Of a stretch of DNA of 64,000 bases, positions 1 through 9,179 are shown piece after piece; position 1 is the first letter of the stretch; each line of letters starts with the position of its first letter. A program made the translations under genes and the position numbers. This DNA is from Candidatus Nealsonbacteria bacterium. GTDB taxonomy: Bacteria; Patescibacteriota; Minisyncoccia; Minisyncoccales; JAGMDC01. The notes beneath the pieces were generated by a model. It was not told the DNA's origin, made no database searches, and saw only the letters and a list, made by a program, of their open reading frames with translations. Location: positions 68,032 through 132,031 of the forward strand of contig JAUWMZ010000001.1 in assembly GCA_030612885.1 (NCBI GenBank). The letters run 5' to 3'.

Positions 1-85
1 GTTCCTATTCTATCCGTTGAACTACGAGGGCAGGATATATACATATACATATAATACAACAAAATTATCATTTGGTCAAACTACG

Positions 86-120
86 AGGGACAGGGGAGGG
101 ACAGTCCCTCCCCTGTCCCT
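86..120. repeat. REP-like GC-rich palindrome copy 1 (AGGGACAGGGGAGGGAC-A-GTCCCTCCCCTGTCCCT)
   Basis: 17-bp perfect arms around a central A. The same 35-nt core recurs at 29982-30016 and 30733-30767, flanking a Y1/HUH transposase-like gene. TTTGGTCAAA lies on both sides (71-80 and 127-136). Confidence 0.85.
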
Positions 121-137
121 CCCCTGTTTGGTCAAAT

Positions 138-160
138 CTTGCGGGAAGCCATCCCGCAGG
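138..160 (-). terminator. possible hairpin terminator after the pilus operon
   Basis: CTTGCGGGA-AGCCA-TCCCGCAGG stem-loop 3 nt beyond the stop of ORF 163..480. The U-tract is weak. Confidence 0.3.
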
Positions 161-162
161 AT

Positions 163-480
163 TTATTCTTCTTCTGACAAAGAAAGTTCTTTTTCAAACA
201 AATCCGGGTATTCTTTTGTATCGGTTTCATTAAATTTTATTTCCCGTTCTATCCATTTGTTGGAGACATTCTCTAAAACCTCTTTTTTAAATTGAATCGG
301 TTGTTTAGAAATCTGCGGTTCTTTTTTCTCAATTAAAATGCTGTATTTATAGAACAAAATCCCGCCAAAAATCAAGGCAAAGACAACCAAAGGCATAAAA
401 GAACGAAAAGCATGTTCTGCTAAGTTTCTTGGCAGTTTTTCAAAAAACTTTTTTAATTTATCTGTTCTTACTTTTTTCAT
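163..480 (-). CDS. small single-pass membrane protein at the distal end of the pilus operon
   Basis: 105-aa ORF with one hydrophobic span (PLVVFALIFGGILFY), tightly spaced after the pilO-like ORF. Confidence 0.4.
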   Translation of the reverse strand: MKKVRTDKLKKFFEKLPRNLAEHAFRSFMPLVVFALIFGGILFYKYSILIEKKEPQISKQPIQFKKEVLENVSNKWIEREIKFNETDTKEYPDLFEKELSLSEEE

Positions 481-488
481 AATAATTA

Positions 489-1013
489 TTATTTAGTATA
501 AACTTTCATAATTAAACCAGCCCGAATATCTTCTTCTTTTGTTTGTTTAATATTTAAATTAGAAATTTCAATAAGATAAGGAGCGGTTTCTATCTTTTCC
601 AAAAATTTCAGAATATTAGAAAACGAACCAATAAGAGATAATTGGTAATTGCTAAAATTCCATTTTTCTGATTCTGATTTTTTAGAAGAAGCAGCGGATA
701 TTTCAATTGCCAGAAAAGAATCTTTTGCCTTTTCTTCTAAAAACTCAATAAACTCAATAGGGGTTTCCTGATCAATAAACAAGTTATCAATTTTTTTTAG
801 TTCTTCTTGATGGCTCTGATAAAAATCTCTCAATTGATTAAAATTCTCTTTTCTCATCTGCAGTTCGGCAAAACTATTTTTTTGAAGTATAAAATCTTGG
901 GAATCTTTTTTAATATCAGACAGAAGAGGACAAATAATAAGAAATATAAAAATTAAAATGACTAAAGCAAAAAATACTAAAGAGGCATAAATTTTTTTAT
1001 TTAGAGGCATCAT
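489..1013 (-). CDS. pilO: PilO-like type IV pilus assembly protein
   Basis: N-terminal TM span followed by a coiled-coil region. Overlaps the pilN-like ORF by 4 nt in a pilM-pilN-pilO order. Confidence 0.55.
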   Translation of the reverse strand: MMPLNKKIYASLVFFALVILIFIFLIICPLLSDIKKDSQDFILQKNSFAELQMRKENFNQLRDFYQSHQEELKKIDNLFIDQETPIEFIEFLEEKAKDSFLAIEISAASSKKSESEKWNFSNYQLSLIGSFSNILKFLEKIETAPYLIEISNLNIKQTKEEDIRAGLIMKVYTK

Positions 1014-1558
1014 ATTTTAAAGTTTAAAGAAAAATCTATATCAATAGGTTTTGTCCAGGTAGATGGAGGAAAGTCAATTTTACCCTTGAAGAGCTCTTTT
1101 TTTTCTTCAAGATCGGTCTTAAATTCAGATAAAAGTTCCCTGGTAGGAGAAAAACCAGAAAGAGAAACTAAAAACTTACTATCTTTTTCTTTGCTGGGAT
1201 TGATGGAAATTGTCTTTAAATAAACCCCTGTAGGCAAAACAAATGAAAGTTCTTCTAATATCTCAATTAGGGAAATTTGATTTTGGTAAAAAAGCTCTAA
1301 TTCCAAAATATCTTCGTTGAGATATTTTGTCTCTTTTTCTAACTTTTCAATCTCTGAAAACTCCATTTCTTTCCTGGATTGGTTAACAAATTCTTTTTCT
1401 GTTTCAAACTGGCTAGAAACATAAATCTTTATGGAAAATAAAATTAAACTAAAAGAAACCAGAAAAAGCAAAACAAAAATTCCTAAAGTTATAACAATTT
1501 TATATTGTTCCTCTTTTAATAATTCTTTTTTATAATTTGGCGGGAGTAAATTAATCAT
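1010..1558 (-). CDS. pilN: PilN-like type IV pilus assembly protein
   Basis: Starts MINLLPP (INLLP signature), then a single TM span. Overlaps the pilM stop. Confidence 0.7.
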   Translation of the reverse strand: MINLLPPNYKKELLKEEQYKIVITLGIFVLLFLVSFSLILFSIKIYVSSQFETEKEFVNQSRKEMEFSEIEKLEKETKYLNEDILELELFYQNQISLIEILEELSFVLPTGVYLKTISINPSKEKDSKFLVSLSGFSPTRELLSEFKTDLEEKKELFKGKIDFPPSTWTKPIDIDFSLNFKI

Positions 1559-2684
1559 AATTAGTTATTCCGCGAAGGGCTGCACCAATAGCAGTAGTAT
1601 ATTTTAAAGATTCTTCTAACGGCATTTCTATTTCTTTGGAAATATTGATCCAAGGATTTCCTGATTGGGTTAAAGTTTTTAATTCAAGAGAGAGGAAGTT
1701 AGAAAGACCTTTTAAATTAGCTCCGCCGCCAGAAAGAATAATTTTTTCTACTCTTTCTCCGTTTTTAGAAATATGATTGGTAAATTCATGCGATTGATAA
1801 TAATCCAGATATGCATTTGTCTGCTCAATTAAATCAGTCAGAATAGGAATTAATGCCTCAAAAATTCTTTCTTCGCAAATAATTTCTTTTCTAAATCGTT
1901 TTTCGTTTCTCTTTCCTTTTAAATGAATTCTCTCCGGGCCTTTAAGCCCGTATTTTATTTTTAATTTCTCTGCTTTTTTAATATCAAGTTCTAAAGCTCG
2001 AGAAACAGCTTCGGTAAATTTTTGGCCAGAAATAGGAATAGAAGAAGTGAATCTTAAAGAATTATTTTTGAATATCATAAAGCCGGTCATGGCAGATCCC
2101 AAATCAATTAAAAGAACGGGAGCCGGGCTTTTCCCCTGCTTTATTAAAGCCCGGGCAATAGAGATGGAATCAACCTCCAACGCCTTAATCTGAAGCCCGG
2201 CTTTTTTAAAACAGGAAACATAACCATCTACTATCTCTTTAGGCATAGCCGCAAGCAAAACTTCAAGATAGCTCTGTTTGCTGTTCAAAGGAGAAATAAT
2301 CTGAAAATCAAGATAAACTTTATGGAGAGGAACCGGGATATAGTTTTCTGCTTCAAACCTAATAGCGCTTTCTATCTCTTCCTTTTCCATTTTCGGCATT
2401 TTAATTATTTGTAAAAACGCTTTTTCTTCTGGTAAAGAAGCAATTACATAATTCGTTTTTATTTTTTCCCCTTCAACATTGTTAATGGCTTTTCTTATAA
2501 CTTTTACTAAACCAGTTTCATTTTTAATTCTTCCTCCTTTTATTATCCCCGGTTTTATATCTCTCCGGCCAAAAGAAGCCAAAGCCAAACCATCACTCTT
2601 TTTCTTTAGCTTGATGAGCTTTAAAGACAAATCAGATATGTCTATGCCAAATGCTTCCGGATTGAGAGTTAAAAAATTAAACAT
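1551..2684 (-). CDS. pilM: PilM, actin-like ATPase of the type IV pilus platform
   Basis: 377 aa. N-terminus FGIDISDLSLKLIKLKK and an SGGGANLKGL motif are typical of PilM/FtsA-like proteins. Confidence 0.85.
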   Translation of the reverse strand: MFNFLTLNPEAFGIDISDLSLKLIKLKKKSDGLALASFGRRDIKPGIIKGGRIKNETGLVKVIRKAINNVEGEKIKTNYVIASLPEEKAFLQIIKMPKMEKEEIESAIRFEAENYIPVPLHKVYLDFQIISPLNSKQSYLEVLLAAMPKEIVDGYVSCFKKAGLQIKALEVDSISIARALIKQGKSPAPVLLIDLGSAMTGFMIFKNNSLRFTSSIPISGQKFTEAVSRALELDIKKAEKLKIKYGLKGPERIHLKGKRNEKRFRKEIICEERIFEALIPILTDLIEQTNAYLDYYQSHEFTNHISKNGERVEKIILSGGGANLKGLSNFLSLELKTLTQSGNPWINISKEIEMPLEESLKYTTAIGAALRGITNYD

Positions 2685-2696
2685 ATATTTTTATTT

Positions 2697-4016
2697 TTAT
2701 TCAACTTCTTTCCAGCTTATTACCTTCCAACCACCGGACGGTCCGCTGGAAAAACTAACGTCTTGAAGTCCAACTTCGTATTCAACTTCTGCGTTATTAT
2801 CAAGATAAATTTTGTACCCAACAACTTCTCTAACTTTCATATTATTACGCAACCGAATTAAACCGTCAGAAGTATAAAAAACTGCTCCTTCAGCATTGTT
2901 TTCTACATCAATAGCAGGGCTTGAAATATCTAAAGAAGAATTTGTAGAAAGAAGCATTATATAACTTCCTATTTCTCCGGACCCTTGTAGAATGACGCCT
3001 GGGCTAATATTAATTTTTCCATCAGATATAATTACACCGCTTGTTGAACCATAACCAGAATCTAGCCTTATAGTAGCATTATTTCCAATAATAATATCCT
3101 GTGTTACATAAATTGTTCCGGTTATTATTAAGGTGGCATTATTACTAACAGTTAAATTTCCTGTAATTTGTTGAGGTCCAAGGGATTTAGTTTCACCCAC
3201 GCCTACTGTGTAGTCCCCAACATAAATACAGCTTGGATTATTATTGCAATTTGCCTCGTCCTTCCAGTTGTTAATTTGTTCATCAGAAATGGGCATAGGA
3301 AGAGGATCAATTTGATTAGGTAAAGTTTTCAGTCCTCCGCCAGCAACACAATTTCCCGGAGTTCCTTCATCTCCCCAAGGAGGACCAGAAACATAAGTCA
3401 AGTCTCCTGCAATATTACAATCTTTACAGGTGTGAACTGTAGCATTTCCTCCAACCCATAACCATTCAATTTTTTTTCCATTATTAGCCACTATAATATC
3501 ATCAGTTATATTAAAACCTGCTCCAAATGCTTCACTTATATTAACAACATTCCCGTTTGAAAACACATTACCCTTAATCTTACTATTGGATTCCATTTCC
3601 ATCCCTCCATCACCAACTTGAGCTCCATAATGAAAAGAGATGCCTGTAGCGGCAATAGTTGCCACTACGCTAACTTTTCTAATGTATCCATCAATATTTC
3701 CCTCTGAAATTATCTCCCTGGTTCCGGCAATAATATCTCCTACATATCGAGTGGCTGTTCCTTCTCCTATATTCAAACTGCTGGGATTAGAAACAGGCAG
3801 TTCTATGTTTGTATTATTTCTTAGAAGTATATCTTCTATTCCTCCTTCTGCTATATAATAATTTTTTAAAGATTTGACAAAATTCTTAGTGAGCTGCCTT
3901 TCATTTAAAACTAAAGAGGAAAAAGCTAAAGTAATAATCAAAGAAAAAGACATTATAATAACAACAGTTGTAATTAAGGCAAATCCTTTTCCATTATTTT
4001 TAGATAAATTCTTCAT
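2697..4016 (-). CDS. large PilX-like minor pilin / pilus tip-associated protein
   Basis: N-terminus KGFALITTVVIIMSFSLIIT (PilX-N-like hydrophobic segment), followed by a Gly/Asn-rich, probably beta-rich domain. Confidence 0.5.
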   Translation of the reverse strand: MKNLSKNNGKGFALITTVVIIMSFSLIITLAFSSLVLNERQLTKNFVKSLKNYYIAEGGIEDILLRNNTNIELPVSNPSSLNIGEGTATRYVGDIIAGTREIISEGNIDGYIRKVSVVATIAATGISFHYGAQVGDGGMEMESNSKIKGNVFSNGNVVNISEAFGAGFNITDDIIVANNGKKIEWLWVGGNATVHTCKDCNIAGDLTYVSGPPWGDEGTPGNCVAGGGLKTLPNQIDPLPMPISDEQINNWKDEANCNNNPSCIYVGDYTVGVGETKSLGPQQITGNLTVSNNATLIITGTIYVTQDIIIGNNATIRLDSGYGSTSGVIISDGKINISPGVILQGSGEIGSYIMLLSTNSSLDISSPAIDVENNAEGAVFYTSDGLIRLRNNMKVREVVGYKIYLDNNAEVEYEVGLQDVSFSSGPSGGWKVISWKEVE

Positions 4017-4020
4017 TTTT

Positions 4021-4527
4021 TTAATATTTTCTTAGAGACCCGCTTGAGACCAAATTTATTTCTCTTTGATATTCTTCTTTTGAAGAACAATAACGAGCCG
4101 TAATCTCTATCCTTACTGAAGAACAATCCGTTAAAGAAGGCAGATAAGTAAAATTCAAATTAGTAATTTCTATTCTTTCTGATGTTAAAGATTGAGAATC
4201 TTGGCCTTCTCTTTTCAAATATAATCTTCCATTATCCAGATAAAAATCAACATAAGTTTTATTTTCTCCTTCAGGAGGATTTAAATTAGTTTCTAAACTA
4301 ATCTGGTTTGTAGTGGAGCTGGTTGGACTATAAACAGTTGAAGCATATTTGATTTCTGAAAGCATGCTATTTAAAGCAAAATGAGTATTGTTTAAAATCT
4401 CCTTATCAAACCGAGAGATATTATAAAACTCGGCCAGCCTTAATGCTCCGGTTAAAAGAGCTCCACTGATTATGGAAAAAACTGCTAAATAAACTAAAAT
4501 TTCAATAAGGGTAAAACTATTGTTCAT
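4021..4527 (-). CDS. prepilin-type N-terminal cleavage/methylation domain pseudopilin
   Basis: The N-terminus is MNNSFTLIEILVYLAVFSI, containing the FTLIE motif. Confidence 0.7.
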   Translation of the reverse strand: MNNSFTLIEILVYLAVFSIISGALLTGALRLAEFYNISRFDKEILNNTHFALNSMLSEIKYASTVYSPTSSTTNQISLETNLNPPEGENKTYVDFYLDNGRLYLKREGQDSQSLTSERIEITNLNFTYLPSLTDCSSVRIEITARYCSSKEEYQREINLVSSGSLRKY

Positions 4528-4532
4528 TTTGT

Positions 4533-5048
4533 CTAATAATTAAAATTAGTAAGATAAGAAATTAGGGTTACATCTTTATCTTTTCCGTTTTCCTGCCAAG
4601 TTACTATTGTAATAATTTTTCTAGAATTTTCGTCATCATTTACAGAATTGTAAACATCTTCAATGTCTCCGGTATCAGGATCTCGAGAGAGTTTTTTAAA
4701 AACAACTTTTCGATTGAAACGGTTGTTAATAGGGCCGGGATCAATAGAGGTTAATTCCCAGCTATTTCCTGAAATAATCGGATAATAAGTGTCATTAAGA
4801 TCAATATCAAACTCTCCAATCCCAGTTTTCCCATCATCTGCATCTATCCAAGCCACCTGGTCTCTGATATTACGAACTGCCTCTATCCCTTCTTCTGCTA
4901 AATAAGCAGCCTTCATTTCGTTCTTATTTTCTTTTGAAATCTTCAAAGACAAAACAGCAATTTCATAAAAACTTGTGCTTACTATTGTTAAAACAAAGAT
5001 GGCGATTATTAATTCTGCCGCACTAAAACCTTTTTGATGAAGAATCAT
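4533..5048 (-). CDS. pseudopilin (prepilin-type N-terminus)
   Basis: KGFSAAELIIAIFVLTIV motif. I prefer the internal ATG at 5048 over the tracked start 5105 because it removes the overlap with the upstream gene, whose stop is at 5050-5052. Confidence 0.6.
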   Translation of the reverse strand: MILHQKGFSAAELIIAIFVLTIVSTSFYEIAVLSLKISKENKNEMKAAYLAEEGIEAVRNIRDQVAWIDADDGKTGIGEFDIDLNDTYYPIISGNSWELTSIDPGPINNRFNRKVVFKKLSRDPDTGDIEDVYNSVNDDENSRKIITIVTWQENGKDKDVTLISYLTNFNY

Positions 5049-5049
5049 A

Positions 5050-5922
5050 TTATTGTAGTTCAGGTTCGCTTGTAAAAATTGATGTTCCCTTAAGTACCTG
5101 TCCATCTGGATTATAAATAATTAAACTGCCGGCCTCGCCGCTAATAGAAATAGTCAGGCTTTTATTATTATATCTTAAATCCCGATGAATAGAGAAAAGT
5201 GTATCAGGATTATTTAATCTGTGAGTGTGAATATGAAGTATCTGATCATCAGCGCCTACTGTTATTATCCCCTCCCAATTAAACTGGTCGCCTTCTATAA
5301 AATTACTAATTTTAATATCTTCAGTTGTTGCAGGATCGTCAAAAGTGAAAGTTATTATTTCATTAACAGTATCTATATTCCGGCTGTAAGTAAAATGTAT
5401 ATGCCGAGAATCAGTGAGCCGAGTATTTAAAGGTAAAAAATCCTCGCCTTTAATAGCTGCTTTACCAGAAGATTCTATTTTTATAATCCGGTATTTTTCA
5501 GAATTATTTTTAAGTTGAATTTTCACAGTGCCAAATTGGGAAGTATTGCCGGTAAGCCGAGCAAAAACTGCTTCACTGCCTCCTCCATTTAGGTCTAATC
5601 CTGAATCAAGGACAGGAATTTCAAGCCGGGAAGAAAGGCTATATATTTTATTATCAGAAGCAACGGGACTATAACTGCTCCCTTTAAATAAAACGCATTC
5701 CCCTTGTTCAAAATGAACTCCATAATTAGAAGCTCCCTCTGAAGCTAAAGTTTTTGATTGAGCTAAGCTCAAAGCATTTAAAATCATTTGAGCATTAGTA
5801 TCAAGGTCGCTTTGCCCGCGAAAAGAAAAATAAGAACCTACTGCAATTGAACATAAAATAACAATAATAGCTATTGCGACCAAAACCTCAATTAAAGTAA
5901 AAGATTCAAATTTTTTATTCAT
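5050..5922 (-). CDS. prepilin-type N-terminal domain pilin-like protein (290 aa)
   Basis: The N-terminus is MNKKFESFTLIEVLVAIAIIVIL, a canonical class III signal. Confidence 0.7.
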   Translation of the reverse strand: MNKKFESFTLIEVLVAIAIIVILCSIAVGSYFSFRGQSDLDTNAQMILNALSLAQSKTLASEGASNYGVHFEQGECVLFKGSSYSPVASDNKIYSLSSRLEIPVLDSGLDLNGGGSEAVFARLTGNTSQFGTVKIQLKNNSEKYRIIKIESSGKAAIKGEDFLPLNTRLTDSRHIHFTYSRNIDTVNEIITFTFDDPATTEDIKISNFIEGDQFNWEGIITVGADDQILHIHTHRLNNPDTLFSIHRDLRYNNKSLTISISGEAGSLIIYNPDGQVLKGTSIFTSEPELQ

Positions 5923-5944
5923 TGATAATTTATCATTAATAATT

Positions 5945-7159
5945 TTACATTTCTCCCATCATTGAATACATTGGCTGAATCATAGATACGGCGAAAAAGC
6001 CAACTGCTCCTCCAATAATGAGCATTAGAACTGGCTCTATAATGGAAGATAGGTTTTTGGTGGCATTAGAAACCTCTTCTTCATAAAAGTCAGCCATTTT
6101 CTCCAAAATATCTGATGTCTCACCGGTTTCTTCTCCTACCTTTATCATCTGAACAATGGTTAAGGGATAGATATCCGCATAAGACATTAAAGCATCAGAT
6201 AGTTTTTCTCCTTTTTCAACTTTTTTAGCTGCTTCCAATAATGCCTTTTTGTAATAAAAATTAGTTAAAGATTTAGAAGTAATCTCCAGTCCTCGAACAA
6301 TAGGGATACCAGCAGAAATTAAAGAACTTAGGGTTCTGGACGTAAAAGCAGTATTTGTCTTTTGAATTAAAGAAGAAATAACCGGGATTTTTAACAAAAG
6401 AGCGTCAAGATTCTTTTTTCCTTTTTTGCTTTTTAATGCTGTCCGAAAAAGAAAACCAGAAACAAGCAAAATCAAAATAAACAGATACCATTTTTCAACC
6501 ATAAAAGTGCCGAGAAAAATCACAAATCTGGTGGTAGCCGGCAATTCAATCTCTAAATCTGCAAAAACAGCTGCTAAGCTCGGCACAACAATAACAAGCA
6601 TTAACATTCCAATTCCAATCATAGCGCAAAGAATTACTGCTGGATAAATCATTGCTCCTATGATTTTTGATTTCAGCTCCACTTCCCTTTCTATCTGCCG
6701 AGTCAATGACTTTAAAACATCCTCTAATGTGCCTGATTCTTCTCCTGCCCTTACCATATTAGAAAAAAGTTCAGGAAAGATATTGGGAAATTTTTCCAAT
6801 GATTCAGAAAAACTCTTTCCTTTTATTATCTCTGTTTTTATTTTCAGCAAAGCATCTTTGAATTTTTTGTTTTTAGAAACAGAAGCCAAAGTATCCAAAG
6901 CCCCGGGAAGAGACATACCAGAGCTAATCATAATGCGCAAATTTCTGGTAAAAAACAATTTTTCTTTTGCGCTCACTCCTAAAAAAGGAAGAGAAATCTC
7001 CATCTTTTTTTTCTTTGTTTTTTCTCTTGTTTCTGCTTTAATTAAAATATAACCCTGGCCGCGTAAAATCCGAGCCAATTCGTATTCATCTTTGGCTTCG
7101 CTTTTTCCGGAATGCACCTCTCCCTTTAATGATTTAGCTGTATAAAAATAATTAGGCAT
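5945..7159 (-). CDS. pilC: PilC/GspF-family type IV pilus platform protein
   Basis: 404 aa polytopic protein with a duplicated GspF-like architecture and motifs such as MVRAGEESG and MIKVGEETG. Confidence 0.9.
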   Translation of the reverse strand: MPNYFYTAKSLKGEVHSGKSEAKDEYELARILRGQGYILIKAETREKTKKKKMEISLPFLGVSAKEKLFFTRNLRIMISSGMSLPGALDTLASVSKNKKFKDALLKIKTEIIKGKSFSESLEKFPNIFPELFSNMVRAGEESGTLEDVLKSLTRQIEREVELKSKIIGAMIYPAVILCAMIGIGMLMLVIVVPSLAAVFADLEIELPATTRFVIFLGTFMVEKWYLFILILLVSGFLFRTALKSKKGKKNLDALLLKIPVISSLIQKTNTAFTSRTLSSLISAGIPIVRGLEITSKSLTNFYYKKALLEAAKKVEKGEKLSDALMSYADIYPLTIVQMIKVGEETGETSDILEKMADFYEEEVSNATKNLSSIIEPVLMLIIGGAVGFFAVSMIQPMYSMMGEM

Positions 7160-7231
7160 TTTCTATTTATATATTTTAACATAATTGCTATTGTCTAACA
7201 ATAAAAAAAATGCTATACTCTTAAAAGAAAT

Positions 7232-7498
7232 ATGCCGATTACTAAATCAGCTAAAAAGGCATTGCGCCAAAATATCAGACGAAAAAAAAGAAACCTAATT
7301 TATAAAAATAAAATAAAAGACCTTATTAAAAAGGTCAAAGTTTTGGTTGGAGAAAAGAAAGTAAAAGAGGCGAAAGAGCTTCTGCCCCAGATTTATAAAG
7401 CATTGGACAAATCAGCTAAAAAAGGAGTAATCAAGAAAAATACAGCTTCCAGAAAAAAATCAAGAATCACCAAGATGATGAACCCTAAATCTCTGTAA
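7232..7498 (+). CDS. rpsT: 30S ribosomal protein S20
   Basis: The 88-aa protein is basic and starts MPITKSAKKALRQNIRRKKRN. Confidence 0.9.
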   Translation: MPITKSAKKALRQNIRRKKRNLIYKNKIKDLIKKVKVLVGEKKVKEAKELLPQIYKALDKSAKKGVIKKNTASRKKSRITKMMNPKSL

Positions 7499-8444
7499 CC
7501 AGCATATCCAAAGCTGTAATGGGTTCTATTTTTCCTGTTTTAATGTTTAAATCTGCCTCAAATAATCTCTGGTAGATTTTTTTTAATTCATCTAACCTAA
7601 ACTTTTTTGCCTGAAAAAAACTTTTTCTGACAACATAAGGATGAATGCCTGGAATCTTGGGCGGATAAAAAGATTGTTTTTCTGAAACAGAACTCTTTAC
7701 TGCAAGCAGGTTCCTAAATTGGAAAGTTATCATTGAAAAAAGATACAAAGGAGAATCACCTTTTTCTAAATGCTGATGTACTAAAGAAAGAGCCAGTTTT
7801 TTGTTTCTTAGAGCTATAGCGTCAATGGTTTTAAAAATATCTGTTTCAATCTTGGGCTTAACCAAAAGTTCAACATCCTCAACCGTAATAGTTGAAATTC
7901 CAGACCCGAGGTCGGGTCTCGGGTTACTTTTGTAGCTAATCAACTTTTTAATTTCATTTGATAATCGCCATAAGTCATCGCCGACATAATCAACCAGTAA
8001 TTCCAATGCCTTTGGTTCAATCTTTGCTTCGCAATTATCAAATTCTTTCTTAATCCAATTTTTTAATTTCAGGCCCTCTAATTGCCTGAATTCCTGGCAG
8101 CGGGCCTGCTTTTTAAGTAAATTTAAAAAACTGTTATTTTTAGGAAATTCCTCGTCTTCGTAAAATAAAATTATGTCTTTTAATTCTTTAATCTTTTTGA
8201 TGTTTTTGGAAAATTTTTCTTTAAAATCCTGGCTGGAAAAAGCATTTTTCAAAATAATTAATTTTTTCTCTTGAAACATTGAATTTACCTGAAGATGCCT
8301 TTCAAAATCCTCATATTCCTCTTCCTTAATGTCTAAGTATTTCAAATTCAATCCGCTTTTATGGATTTTTCTGTGACTTTCAACTATTTCTTTTAGTTTT
8401 TGTCCAGACCTGTATGTATCCGGACCGTAAAGGAAGATAATCAT
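7485..8444 (-). CDS. holA: DNA polymerase III delta subunit
   Basis: 319 aa. The N-terminus IIFLYGPDTYRSGQKL and overall layout are typical of HolA. Contains a GC-rich palindrome at 7902-7923 read in frame. Confidence 0.7.
   Translation of the reverse strand: MIIFLYGPDTYRSGQKLKEIVESHRKIHKSGLNLKYLDIKEEEYEDFERHLQVNSMFQEKKLIILKNAFSSQDFKEKFSKNIKKIKELKDIILFYEDEEFPKNNSFLNLLKKQARCQEFRQLEGLKLKNWIKKEFDNCEAKIEPKALELLVDYVGDDLWRLSNEIKKLISYKSNPRPDLGSGISTITVEDVELLVKPKIETDIFKTIDAIALRNKKLALSLVHQHLEKGDSPLYLFSMITFQFRNLLAVKSSVSEKQSFYPPKIPGIHPYVVRKSFFQAKKFRLDELKKIYQRLFEADLNIKTGKIEPITALDMLVTEI
7902..7923. repeat. GC-rich palindrome inside holA (AGACCCGA-GG-TCGGGTCT / CCCGAG-N7-CTCGGG)
   Basis: Overlapping perfect palindromes in an AT-rich gene, read in frame as NPRPDLGSG. 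Related 15-mer CGAGACCCGRMCTCG also occurs in rsmA at about 50931-50945. Confidence 0.7.
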
Positions 8445-8809
8445 TACTTCAGTATTTTCTTCAGCTTTTCAATAATTTCATTAGGGGTAAAATGAGCTTT
8501 AATTAGATAATCAACTGCTCCTAAATTTAACCCTTTTTCTATATCCTCTTTCTGGCCCAAATTAGATAAAATAATAATCGGTATTTGAGAGAGTTCGGGA
8601 TTTTTCTTAATCTGGGCTAAAACCTCAAAACCGTCTATGCCCGGTAAAATAAGGTCAAGCAAAACCAAATCTGGTTTTTCTTCTTCAATCTTCTTCACCC
8701 CTTGTTCTCCGTCAATTGCTTCCGGCACTTCATAACCTTCACTGGTTAATTTTTTGACAATTAACTCTCTTAAAAATTTGTCATCTTCTACAATGAGAAT
8801 TTTTTTCAT
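8444..8809 (-). CDS. single-domain response regulator (CheY-like receiver)
   Basis: 121 aa with DD...D...K receiver motifs (ILIVEDD, LVLLDLILPGIDG). Confidence 0.85.
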   Translation of the reverse strand: MKKILIVEDDKFLRELIVKKLTSEGYEVPEAIDGEQGVKKIEEEKPDLVLLDLILPGIDGFEVLAQIKKNPELSQIPIIILSNLGQKEDIEKGLNLGAVDYLIKAHFTPNEIIEKLKKILK

Positions 8810-8813
8810 AATT

Positions 8814-9179
8814 TTAACCTATTTGTTTTTTTACTTTTTCAATTACCTCCATGGGGTCAAATTCGGTCTTAATCAGCCAATCCCTGGCTCCTAACTCCTT
8901 TGCTCTTTCTAATTCCACTTCCTGGCCGGAATTAGAAATAATCACCACAGGAATATTTTTTAAACTTTCGTCTTCCCGCATTTCTTCCATAACCTGAAAG
9001 CCGTCTTTCTTGGGCATAACAATATCAAGCAAAACAAGGTCAGGCATTACCTTTCTCATTACTTCAAGCCCTATTGCTCCGTTTTCAGCAATGGAAACAT
9101 CATACCCTTCGGCTATTAATTTTTTTTGAAGCAAACTAAGAAGAACTTCTTCGTCTTCAATAATTAAAAGTTTTTTCAT
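8814..9179 (-). CDS. single-domain response regulator (CheY-like receiver)
   Basis: 121 aa and paralogous to the adjacent receiver (LLIIEDE, LVLLDIVMPKKDG). Confidence 0.85.
   Translation of the reverse strand: MKKLLIIEDEEVLLSLLQKKLIAEGYDVSIAENGAIGLEVMRKVMPDLVLLDIVMPKKDGFQVMEEMREDESLKNIPVVIISNSGQEVELERAKELGARDWLIKTEFDPMEVIEKVKKQIG

Noticed and set aside
17-295. 92-aa plus-strand ORF at the window start
   Set aside because: It reads straight through the REP palindrome and is antisense to the pilus-operon terminal gene, so it is likely spurious.
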